Assembly: GCA_050613775.1 (NCBI GenBank)
Contig: JBODTK010000112.1
Coordinates: 1 to 64,000, forward strand
Length of the DNA stretch: 64,000 nucleotides
Source: Neocallimastix sp. 'constans'
Lineage: Eukaryota
Reading direction: 5' to 3'
The notes beneath the pieces were generated by a model, which saw only the letters and a program-made list of their open reading frames with translations, ran no database searches and was not told the origin of the DNA. This document shows, one piece after another, positions 1-11,133 of the stretch (position 1 is the stretch's first letter; each line of letters begins with the position of its first letter). Both the position numbers and the translations under genes were made by a program.

Positions 1-194
1 TAATAAAATGTAATTTAGTGGCAAGAACAACTTTTATGCCTTGAAAAAAAAGTATAAATAGTTGTAAATTTTGCTACTAATTTTTAAATATCATCAAATA
101 AAATCAAATAAATTTATAAATAAAAATAATAAATAAATAAATAAAATTTGTGTTTCCTTACTTTATTTTTATTTAATTCTCTAAAACCTTAACA
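1..194 (+). repeat. 3' end of an LTR of the family-A gypsy element (element 0, continues upstream of the window)
   Basis: Matches the last ~194 bp of LTR 199-1056, ends CCTTAACA, and is followed by ACTG and the next LTR rather than by a PBS. Confidence 0.9.
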
Positions 195-198
195 ACTG

Positions 199-694
199 TG
201 ATAAGAATGTACTAAATAATGCATTCTTAATTAAATCTACGATTTATTTCTAATACATTATGTGTACATTATTATTTTTGTACTTTAATAAATTTTTAAA
301 TCCAAAGATCAAAAATTAAATCAAAAATTATATTAAACTTTATATTTTTATATTAAATCTTATATTAATAGTAATATTTTTATATATTTAAAACTTATAT
401 TAGCAATATTAATAATAAATCTTATTTTTTTTATATTAATAATGAAAATTTATATTAATAATATTTTTATATATTGATAATTAAAAATTTATATATTATA
501 TTTTAACTTTTTATTATAAAATTTTATATCGAAATGTTTTATTTTATATTGAAAAATATTTTATTTTATTAAAAACCTTTATATTAGAATAGTATTTTTA
601 TTTTTATTTGAATATTTTAACAGATTGTAATAAAAATTATAGCCAATTAAATAAATTCTTATTAGTAATATTTTAGATATTTTTAAATAAATAA

Positions 695-752
<58 letters not shown>

Positions 753-1056
753 TTTTATTAATATTATAAATGCATTTTATTTATATTGTTATAATTAAAT
801 TTTATATAATTAATTATAAAAATCAATTTAAATTTAATAGTTTCATATAAAAAAAAAAATAATAATAAAATGTAATTTAGTGGCAAGAACAACTTTTATG
901 CCTTGAAAAAAAAGTATAAATAGTTGTAAATTTTGCTACTAATTTTTAAATATCATCAAATAAAATCAAATAAATTTATAAATAAAAATAATAAATAAAT
1001 AAATAAAATTTGTGTTTCCTTACTTTATTTTTATTTAATTCTCTAAAACCTTAACA
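199..1056 (+). repeat. 5' LTR of element 1
   Basis: TGATAAGAATG...CCTTAACA, repeated at 7371, 8008 and 15150; contains an internal poly(A) tract. Confidence 0.95.
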
Positions 1057-1062
1057 TTTATA

Positions 1063-1080
1063 TGGTGGAGATATCGGGGA
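1063..1080 (+). promoter_or_regulatory. Primer-binding site complementary to the tRNA-Ala 3' end
   Basis: TGGTGGAGATATCGGGGA lies 6 nt after the LTR. Its complement ends TATCTCC-A-CCA, giving U70 and A73, consistent with the G3:U70 alanine identity element. Confidence 0.8.
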
Positions 1081-1740
1081 ATTAAATAGAAATAATAGTA
1101 AATAACATAGATTTTTTTTTAATTTTTTTTTTATTTTATATTGATAAACAAGTAAGTCGTTAATCCTTTGATTAACCCATGGCGCTTGTTTGATATATAT
1201 ATATAAAAAAAATTTTTTTTAAATAAGTAAAATTAAGATTCTAAAAAAACAAATTTTGTAAAATTATAACAAGGAGCGGATAGAGCTCATACACAGTGTA
1301 TTCTCAGATAGCAACAAATTAACTCTATTCATAGTAGGTTATTGAATAGTAGTTAATTTGGAGATTAATTGGAAAGTAGACGAAGGTATTTGGTTACCGA
1401 CCCGGTAATAATAGTTCAACCTTCAACGTTTCAACACACGAAGGTGCGGGTACTTTCCAAGCACTGGCGAATAAGGAGCTTACGTCACCGAAGGCGTAAG
1501 ATTGTTTTTTTTATATAATTTTTTTTACTTTTCTTTGTGCTAGTTATAAGGCACTTTATTATATAAAGTATCAGACTTTGGCTAACTTCGCCATTTAAAT
1601 TTTTTTTATTTTTTTTTATTACTGGTACTTTATTTGTTATATAATTCCTGTAATAGAATCTTAATTTACTTTGAAAATATTGTGTTTTTAGTTAATTTTT
1701 ATTAGTTAATAAAAATATTATTGAATACTTTTAAAATTTT

Positions 1741-1915
1741 TTTATTCCGTACATAGATTATCGGATTAAGTTTATCCTACATAGTAATTGGGCTAGTGGG
1801 CTCTGAACTGCTATATTTTATATTGAATATAGTAATCGTGGCACACGCGTGGCATGACACCATTAGGTAAGCTGCACGTCAGACAGTGTGTACTATCAGA
1901 TTGTACGACAATAAA
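1741..1915 (+). ncRNA. Conserved structured cis-RNA motif in the 5' leader (class unknown)
   Basis: Same stem architecture with compensatory changes as 17581-17750 in the divergent element 3. Confidence 0.7.
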
Positions 1916-2077
1916 GATTATTTTTTTGTATTTAATAATTATAATTAATTAATAATTTTATTAGCTATAACAATACAATATTTATCGTTTAAAAAGAAAA
2001 ATTTTTGAAAGGTGAAAATAATAAATAAAACTTTGCTTCTAAATTTATTACTACAAATATACTAAATTACAAAATTC

Positions 2078-2265
2078 AAGTGGTCGATAAAGATTTCGAG
2101 CTTGAAAAATATTCTATTAAGTTGTCGATAAAGATTTCGAACTTAAAATTATTCTATTAAGTTGTCGATAAAGATTTCGAACTTAAAATTATTCTTAAAA
2201 AAGTAGTCGAAAAGAACCTCGTGCTTTATAATTTCTACTAAGTTGTCGATAAGGATTTCGAGCTT
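2078..2265 (+). repeat. Five tandem hairpin repeats (~40-nt period) upstream of gag
   Basis: AAGT(G/T/A)GTCGA-loop-TCG(A/T)(A/G)CTT repeated five times with A/T-rich linkers. Confidence 0.85.
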
Positions 2266-2447
2266 ATACTTACTAAAGAAAGCAAATAAAATTATTATTT
2301 TCAAAAATTACTAAGATATATTGTTTTAAAATTTGATTCGATATTAAATTACTTGTTAAATTATATTTTTAAAGTTGGACTTTCAAATTTATTCGTATTT
2401 AATAACCTCGTTAATTTACAATAAAAAAATTATTAACTAAAAACGAA

Positions 2448-3353
2448 ATGTCTACTAAAAGTACTTTAAGTTTTAAAGAATTAAAGAAAGAATTACGAGA
2501 CATAGTGAAGCTTAGCAAGGACAATTTAGATATAAAGTCCTGGGCTACTGAATTAAAACTTTGGATCAAGATACAAGGTATCACAGATCCGGAAACAATA
2601 TTTAATGCTTGTTTACTTACCAGCTCTGGTGAAGTACAACGCGTTATTGAAGATTTGGGAGAAGATAGTGATGATGAAAGTGATGATTCATCAGATGAAG
2701 AAGAAGATGATGAAGAAGAAAATGTTGATGATGATAAATTTCCTTCTCTTGAAAAAATTATTTCAAGTCTTGAAAATTTTTACGGTATTAAAGAAGACCA
2801 AAATTTACTTCTTAAAGAACTTCGTGCAATGCGAATTAAAAGAAACGAAAAGATTAAAGACTTTAATGTAAGATATAGAACTTTGTACACTAAACTTGAT
2901 AAAAAGAGAAGAAAGCGCATTGGTGTACTAGATTATATTGACTCTATTCAAAATAATTATGAAGCCTGGAAGAAATTATCCCTTAAAGATGATATAAGTA
3001 TGGAGAAAGCTTTCAAAATTGCCGAGAAAGTAGATAGACTTTCTGTAAGGAACAATAATATTAATACCTATAATGTTAATAATTCCCAGCATAATCAAAA
3101 TAATCAAAACAGTACTACTTCAAGACTTTATCCTAAAAGAAGAAACGAAACTTTCCAAACAAGTCAAACAAATAATAAACTGAAACCTCAAGATATTATA
3201 GAAGAATCAACCCAGAAAATGAGAAATTTATCTGTTAAAACTTGCTTCTTCTGTAAGGAAGAAGGTCATTACTCATACTATTGCCCTCAATTAAATAAGA
3301 TTATGGAAAAAAATAAAAAAGAAATATATTCCAAAAAGTCTTTAAACTTCTAA
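2448..3353 (+). CDS. gag: Gag with acidic tract and C-terminal CCHC zinc knuckle
   Basis: 301-aa ORF; CFFCKEEGHYSYYC fits CX2CX4HX4C; lies between PBS and pol. Confidence 0.92.
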   Translation: MSTKSTLSFKELKKELRDIVKLSKDNLDIKSWATELKLWIKIQGITDPETIFNACLLTSSGEVQRVIEDLGEDSDDESDDSSDEEEDDEEENVDDDKFPSLEKIISSLENFYGIKEDQNLLLKELRAMRIKRNEKIKDFNVRYRTLYTKLDKKRRKRIGVLDYIDSIQNNYEAWKKLSLKDDISMEKAFKIAEKVDRLSVRNNNINTYNVNNSQHNQNNQNSTTSRLYPKRRNETFQTSQTNNKLKPQDIIEESTQKMRNLSVKTCFFCKEEGHYSYYCPQLNKIMEKNKKEIYSKKSLNF

Positions 3354-3374
3354 ATGGGAGCAGAAGCACTCCCA
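3341..3374 (+). promoter_or_regulatory. -1 programmed ribosomal frameshift signal (gag-pol)
   Basis: T_TTA_AAC heptamer in gag frame, 7-nt spacer, hairpin TGGGAG-CAGAAGCA-CTCCCA; the -1 frame is open from 3341 into pol. Confidence 0.88.
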
Positions 3375-6300
3375 ATGACAAAACAATAGCTTCATTAAAT
3401 AATTTACAAAATAATACTTTTACCAAGAATACCCCAATTGATAATAATTCCTTTAATAAAGAATCTGAAGAATCTGATTTTAGTGACACAACTGAAAGTG
3501 AGGATAATATCATTATAAATGCTATAAAAAGAAAAATGAATGATAATAACAGCGAAAAGGAAGAAAATAATTCCAAGAAAGTACATAAAAGTTTAAAAGA
3601 TAATCCACGTCCTTTCGCAACTCCTGCTTTAAGAAAGAAGAAAGAAAATGAGCTACATAATAAACCAAATAAAGTTTATAAAAATCAAATACTTCCTTCA
3701 ATTTTAACTCAACCAAATATTAACAAAGAAAAACAAAAAGAAAAGGAATTAAGAAATATAACAAGAGTAAGAAAAAGTAAAGAAGAAAACAACAATTATT
3801 CATCAAAAGGAAAGAAAAAAGTTGAATCTGAAGATATACTCGTAATCGATAATGAAATAGAAGATATAGAAATGAATAAAGATAATCAACAAAATAAAAC
3901 TAATACTTTGGAAAAATTAATTTCAACAAAAACTAAAGAAACTAATAATGGAAATACTCAGTTAGTAAAAAGGAATATTAAAATGATGAATAATAAAGAA
4001 CCTTACAATATTATGGATGATTTAAATAATCTTAAATCCAGTATTACGATAGGTCAACTCTTGAATGCATGTCCGAAAATTCGTTCACAACTAACTCAAG
4101 GTTTAAAGTTAGAAAAATCTAAAATAATTGGAACTGTAGACAATGTAATAGCACGAACTTTATTAGTAAATAACTATGATCATAGCTACATAAGTAAAAG
4201 TAATGAAGTAGCCGAAGAAGACTTAGCAATGGTTGATGCAAGTGTTGACGGAGTACTAGGAAAACTTTTAATTGATTCTTGTAGTAACCTAAGCATCGTT
4301 ACTAAGCAGTATTTTGATAAATTACCTGGTGAATATGAAACAGTTGGAAAAAGTCGTGGAAGAATCCAACTAGCAACACAAGATGAAGAATACTCGGAAG
4401 GAATTATTGTTCGATTACCAGTAAAAATTAATAATTATGAATTTAATGCGGACTTTAGAATTATTGAGAAAGAAGACTCATTTTATGATATGTTAATAAA
4501 CTTTAAAACTCAAATTGATCATTGTTTATTTATTCATCCGACCTTAAACAGTTTATGTAAACTTTTGTCAGAAAGTGAATACGAAGAAATAGCTAAAATA
4601 AATAATCAATATTATGATGAAGAAAGTATAATTTGCACTATTAGAAAAGTTAAAGAAACGAATAATGAAAAGGAAATTATAAAGGAATTAACTCCAATGG
4701 AATTTATTGAGAGTGATGAATTTTTAAGTACCTTAAATAAAGATTATAAAGAACAAATTATTAAAATTCTCAAAGAAATGATTGACATAGTTGCCACTTC
4801 AACAGAAGAACTAACTCCTTCTAAACTTTCACCACATAAGATCCGTTTGAAAGCAAATTCAAAGCCAGTAAAATTAAGAAGTTATAGGTTAACTAAATTA
4901 AAATCAGATATCTTAAAAGAAGAACTTACAAAACTTATTAAGAAAGGATTGATAGAACCATCCTGTTCAGAATGGTCATCTCCAGTAGTACTTATTCTAA
5001 AACACAATGGAAAGTGGCGCTTGTGCATTGACTACCGAAAAGTCAATGATATGACAGAAAAAGATTCTTATTCAGTTCCATATATAGATGAAATTTTTGA
5101 TAGTCTCGGAGGAGCTAAAATATTTACAACTCTTGATTTATTTTCTGGTTTTCACCAAATCTTAATGGATGAAGAAAGCGTAGAAGTAACCACTTTCACT
5201 ACTAAGTTTGGAAATTATCAATTTAAGGTTATGCCTTTTGGACTTACTGGAGCTCCCTCAACCTTCCAAAGAGAAATGAATAAAATTTTATTCCCTTTTA
5301 TTGGTGAATTTGTTTACGTATTTATTGATGATGTTTTGATCTATTCAAAAAGTATCGAAGAACATTTAATTCATATTAAACAAGTATTAGAAGTATTTAA
5401 AGAAAACAAGTTAAAAATTAATATTGAAAAGTGCCATTTTCTTCAAACTGAAGTTGATGTATTAGGTCACAAACTTACTACTAAAGGATTAAGTCCCATG
5501 GAAAGTAAAATAACAGCTATTAAGAAGTGGGAAGCCCCTTCATCAATTCATGAATTAAGATCATTTCTAGGAGCAATAGGGATATTATCGTGACTTTATC
5601 CCTAAATATGCTCAAATTACCTCACCTTTATGTAAATTATTGAAAAAGAATACTAAATATGAATGGAATAAAGAACAACAAGAAAGCTTTGAACTCCTAA
5701 AAGAAAAATTAATCAATGCACCTATTCTAAAATTTCCGTCATTTGACAAACCTTTTATCATTAGAACTGATGCTTCGTATAATGGAATTGGTGGAGTTCT
5801 TTTACAAAAAGAAGAAGAAACCGGTAAGGAGCATCCAATACACTTTATAAGTAGAAGTTTAAAGAAAACTGAAAAGAATTATGGTATTACAGATTTGGAA
5901 GGAACAGCTTTATTTTACTGTATGACTAAATTTAAATCTTATATTGAAGGAAATCCATTACCTACAACTATTTACACAGATCATAAACCATTAGTTGGTT
6001 TATTTAAGAATAAAGAACCTTTGAATGCAAGGCAAACAAGATGGTGTCTAACCGCTGGTATGCTTGGAATTAATATAAAATATGAATCAGGCAAAAAGAA
6101 TGTGTTAGCTGATGCTCTTTCAAGAATGAAAAGTAAGGAAGAGAGAAAGATATTATTAACAAAAATTACTAATGGAAATAATGAAGAATTATTATCTAAG
6201 GTTATAAAGGAATTTATTAATGAAAAGTTTACTGTTATTGATGGTGAAGATTACTTTATCGACAATGGAAATTATAGAAAATTAATAACGGACGAAAATG

Positions 6301-7352
6301 AAAGGTTTAAATTAATTTTAGAAGCTCATAATATTGGCCACGAAGGATATTACAAAACATATCAAAGACTTAAGAAAAACTTTTATTGGAATCATATGAT
6401 TAAAGATATCAAAAGAATTGTTAGTAATTGTGAAAAATGCCAATTAAATCGTCCTCAACCATATCCAGAACCAACCGAAAACCATCCAACTAAAGTGGAG
6501 GGTCCCTTTGTGCATTTAGGATTAGATATTATAGGACCGTTACCAAAAACAAGAAATAATAATCAATATATTATAGTAACTGTTGATTACTTTACCAAAT
6601 GGGTTGAAGCCGAACCCACTGAAAACATAACTTCCTCTGATATAATTAAATTTTTAATAAACGTTTTTGCAAGACATGGTGTACCTCAAGTTATTACTAC
6701 TGATAATGGAGTCCAATTCACTTCTGATATGACTAAAATCTTTCTTGATCTTTATGATGTATATGTTAAATTTGTAGCTACTTACCACCCTGAATCAAAT
6801 GGCCTTACTGAAAATCGAAATAAAGAAATTGGAAAATTACTCCGTTTATTAGGAAGGAAAAATCAAGATTGGGATGAAGTTTTACCTTCTGCTTTATGGG
6901 CACTTCGAACTACCAAAAATACAGCTACTGGACATTCTAGTTTTGAATTAGTATATGGAAGAGAAGACCAACAGCCTTATGATATAGCCATAAGAACAAT
7001 TGAAAATGCAGGTAAATCATATGATGAAATCTTAATGGAAAAATTTGTTCGTCATTATCAATGGACTAGAGAAGCATGCGAAAATGTGAAGAATGCTAAC
7101 AAGTATTGGGCAACAAGACGAGAAGAACAAATAAGTATGAAAAAAGGAAAAGAATTAAAGGCTGGTGATCTTGTTCTTGTTAGAAACTTTAGCCGCACTA
7201 AGCTAGAACCATATTACAATGGACCATTTAAAATTTTAAAAATTCAATTCAACACGGCAACCCTAATCGATCAGAAGACTGGAAAGCAACTCGATAGGAA
7301 TGTTCACTTTAAAAATTTAGTAAAGTTTAACTCCGCTTACAGAGAAGCTTGA
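3341..7352 (+). pseudogene. pol: Pol polyprotein (PR-RT-RNase H-IN) broken by a 1-bp insertion at ~5582
   Basis: RT FIDD, RH TDAS/TDH/ADALSR, IN HHCC and DDE motifs. GGGATATTAT here versus GGGTATTAT in copy 2 splits the ORF into 3536-5593 and 5640-7352. Confidence 0.9.
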
Positions 7353-7370
7353 GTCTTCGTCGGGGCATCT

Positions 7371-7867
7371 TGATAAGAATGTACTAAATAATGCATTCTT
7401 AATTAAATCTACGATTTATTTCTAATACATTATGTGTACATTATTATTTTTGTACTTTAATAAATTTTTAAATCCAAAGATCAAAAATTAAATCAAAAAT
7501 TATATTAAACTTTATATTTTTATATTAAATCTTATATTAATAGTAATATTTTTATATATTTAAAACTTATATTAGCAATATTAATAATAAATCTTATTTT
7601 TTTTATATTAATAATGAAAATTTATATTAATAATATTTTTATATATTGATAATTAAAAATTTATATATTATATTTTAACTTTTTATTATAAAATTTTATA
7701 TCGAAATGTTTTATTTTATATTGAAAAATATTTTATTTTATTAAAAACCTTTATATTAGAATAGTATTTTTATTTTTATTTGAATATTTTAACAGATTGT
7801 AATAAAAATTATAGCCAATTAAATAAATTCTTATTAGTAATATTTTAGATAGATTTTAAATAAATAA

Positions 7868-7919
<52 letters not shown>

Positions 7920-8002
7920 TTTTATTAATATTATAAATGCATTTTATTTATATTGTTATAATTAAATTTTATATAATTAATTATAAAAATCAATTTAAAT
8001 TA
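7371..8002 (+). repeat. Truncated 3' LTR of element 1
   Basis: Matches the 5' LTR up to AATCAATTTAAATT, then jumps to AACTGT. Confidence 0.9.
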
Positions 8003-8489
8003 ACTGTTGATAAGAATGTACTAAATAATGCATTCTTAATTAAATCTACGATTTATTTCTAATACATTATGTGTACATTATTATTTTTGTACTTTAATAA
8101 ATTTTTAAATCCAAAGATCAAAAATTAAATCAAAAATTATATTAAACTTTATATTTTTATATTAAATCTTATATTAATAGTAATATTTTTATATATTTAA
8201 AACTTATATTAGCAATATTAATAATAAATCTTATTTTTTTTATATTAATAATGAAAATTTATATTAATAATATTTTTATATATTGATAATTAAAAATTTA
8301 TATATTATATTTTAACTTTTTATTATAAAATTTTATATCGAAATGTTTTATTTTATATTGAAAAATATTTTATTTTATTAAAAACCTTTATATTAGAATA
8401 GTATTTTTATTTTTATTTGAATATTTTAACAGATTGTAATAAAAATTATAGCCAATTAAATAAATTCTTATTAGTAATATTTTAGATAT

Positions 8490-8539
<50 letters not shown>

Positions 8540-9524
8540 TTTTATTAATATTATAAATGTATTTTATTTATATTGTTATAATTAAATTTTATATAATTGA
8601 TTATAAAATTTAATTTAAATTTAATAGTTTTTATAAAAAAAAAAAATAAATAAAATGTAATTTAGTGGCAAGAACAACTTTTATGCCTTGAAAAAAAGTA
8701 TAAATAGTTGTAAATTTTGCTACCAATTTTTAAAAATCATCAAATAAAATCAAATAAATTTATAAATAAAAATAATAAATAAATAAATAAAATTTGTGTT
8801 TCCTTACTTTATTTTTATTTAATTCTCTAAAACCTTAACATTTATATGGTGGAGATATCGGGGAATTAAATAGAAATAATAGTAAATAACATAGATTTTT
8901 TTTTAATTTTTTTTTATTTTATATTGATAAACAAGTAAGTCGTTAATCCTTTGATTAACCCATGGCGCTTGTTTGATATATATATATAAAAAAAAATTTT
9001 TTTTAAATAAGTAAAATTAAGATTCTAAAAAAACAAATTTTGTAAAATTATAACAAGGAGCGGATAGAGCTCATACACAGTGTATTCTCAGATAGCAACA
9101 AATTAACTCTATTCATAGTAGGTTATTGAATAGTAGTTAATTTGGAGATTAATTGGAAAGTAGACGAAGGTATTTGGTTACCGACCCGGTAATAATAGTT
9201 CAACCTTCAACGTTTCAACACACGAAGGTGCGGGTACTTTCCAAGCACTGGCGAATAAGGAGCTTACGTCACCGAAGGCGTAAGATTGTTTTTTTTATAT
9301 AATTTTTTTTACTTTTCTTTGTGCTAGTTATAAGGCACTTTATTATATAAAGTATCAGACTTTGGCTAACTTCGCCATTTAAATTTTTTTTATTTTTTTT
9401 TATTACTGGTACTTTATTTGTTATATAATTCCTGTAATAGAATCTTAATTTACTTTGAAAATATTGTGTTTTTAGTTAATTTTTATTAGTTAATAAAAAT
9501 ATTATTGAATACTTTTAAAATTTT

Positions 9525-9699
9525 TTTATTCCGTACATAGATTATCGGATTAAGTTTATCCTACATAGTAATTGGGCTAGTGGGCTCTGAACTGCTATAT
9601 TTTATATTGAATATAGTAATCGTGGCACACGCGTGGCATGACACCATTAGGTAAGCTGCACGTCAGACAGTGTGTACTATCAGATTGTACGACAATAAA
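9525..9699 (+). ncRNA. Second copy of the conserved leader RNA motif
   Basis: Matches 1741-1915 by inspection. Confidence 0.7.
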
Positions 9700-10227
9700 G
9701 ATTATTTTTTTGTATTTAATAATTATAATTAATTAATAATTTTATTAGCTATAACAATACAATATTTATCGTTTAAAAAGAAAAATTTTTGAAAGGTGAA
9801 AATAATAAATAAAACTTTGCTTCTAAATTTATTACTACAAATATACTAAATTACAAAATTCAAGTGGTCGATAAAGATTTCGAGCTTGAAAAATATTCTA
9901 TTAAGTTGTCGATAAAGATTTCGAACTTAAAATTATTCTATTAAGTTGTCGATAAAGATTTCGAACTTAAAATTATTCTTAAAAAAGTAGTCGAAAAGAA
10001 CCTCGTGCTTTATAATTTCTACTAAGTTGTCGATAAGGATTTCGAGCTTATACTAAAGAAAGCAAATAAAATTATTATTTTCAAAAATTACTAAGATATA
10101 TTGTTTTAAAATTTGATTCGATATTAAATTACTTGTTAAATTATATTTTTAAAGTTGGACTTTCAAATTTATTCGTATTTAATAACCTCGTTAATTTACA
10201 ATAAAAAAATTATTAACTAAAAACGAA

Positions 10228-11133
10228 ATGTCTACTAAAAGTACTTTAAGTTTTAAAGAATTAAAGAAAGAATTACGAGACATAGTGAAGCTTAGCAAGG
10301 ACAATTTAGATATAAAGTCCTGGGCTACTGAATTAAAACTTTGGATCAAGATACAAGGTATCACAGATCCGGAAACAATATTTAATGCTTGTTTACTTAC
10401 CAGCTCTGGTGAAGTACAACGCGTTATTGAAGATTTGGGAGAAGATAGTGATGATGAAAGTGATGATTCATCAGATGAAGAAGAAGATGATGAAGAAGAA
10501 AATGTTGATGATGATAAATTTCCTTCTCTTGAAAAAATTATTTCAAGTCTTGAAAATTTTTACGGTATTAAAGAAGACCAAAATTTACTTCTTAAAGAAC
10601 TTCGTGCAATGCGAATTAAAAGAAACGAAAAGATTAAAGACTTTAATGTAAGATATAGAACTTTGTACACTAAACTTGATAAAAAGAGAAGAAAGCGCAT
10701 TGGTGTACTAGATTATATTGACTCTATTCAAAATAATTATGAAGCCTGGAAGAAATTATCCCTTAAAGATGATATAAGTATGGAGAAAGCTTTCAAAATT
10801 GCCGAGAAAGTAGATAGACTTTCTGTAAGGAACAATAATATTAATACCTATAATGTTAATAATTCCCAGCATAATCAAAATAATCAAAACAGTACTACTT
10901 CAAGACTTTATCCTAAAAGAAGAAACGAAACTTTCCAAACAAGTCAAACAAATAATAAACTGAAACCTCAAGATATTATAGAAGAATCAACCCAGAAAAT
11001 GAGAAATTTATCTGTTAAAACTTGCTTCTTCTGTAAGGAAGAAGGTCATTACTCATACTATTGCCCTCAATTAAATAAGATTATGGAAAAAAATAAAAAA
11101 GAAATATATTCCAAAAAGTCTTTAAACTTCTAA
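10228..11133 (+). CDS. gag: Gag with CCHC zinc knuckle
   Basis: Protein identical to 2448-3353. Confidence 0.93.
   Translation: MSTKSTLSFKELKKELRDIVKLSKDNLDIKSWATELKLWIKIQGITDPETIFNACLLTSSGEVQRVIEDLGEDSDDESDDSSDEEEDDEEENVDDDKFPSLEKIISSLENFYGIKEDQNLLLKELRAMRIKRNEKIKDFNVRYRTLYTKLDKKRRKRIGVLDYIDSIQNNYEAWKKLSLKDDISMEKAFKIAEKVDRLSVRNNNINTYNVNNSQHNQNNQNSTTSRLYPKRRNETFQTSQTNNKLKPQDIIEESTQKMRNLSVKTCFFCKEEGHYSYYCPQLNKIMEKNKKEIYSKKSLNF

Larger units (their letters stand above)
199..8002 (+). mobile_element. Ty3/gypsy LTR retrotransposon, family A, copy 1
   Basis: 5' LTR 199-1056 (TG...CA), PBS, gag, pol in PR-RT-RH-IN order, 3' LTR from 7371 missing its distal ~220 bp; ACTG at 195-198 and 8003-8006. 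Confidence 0.95.

Noticed and set aside
698..750. Poly(A) length differences between LTR copies as a biological signal
   Set aside because: Cannot be distinguished from homopolymer sequencing error.
2078..2265. CRISPR-like array
   Set aside because: Linkers are ~12-16 nt and similar to each other, the context is a eukaryotic retroelement, and there are no cas genes.
2605..3716. Short overlapping or antisense ORFs within gag/pol (also 10385-11496 and 20328-20522)
   Set aside because: Shadow frames of A-rich coding sequence with no independent support.
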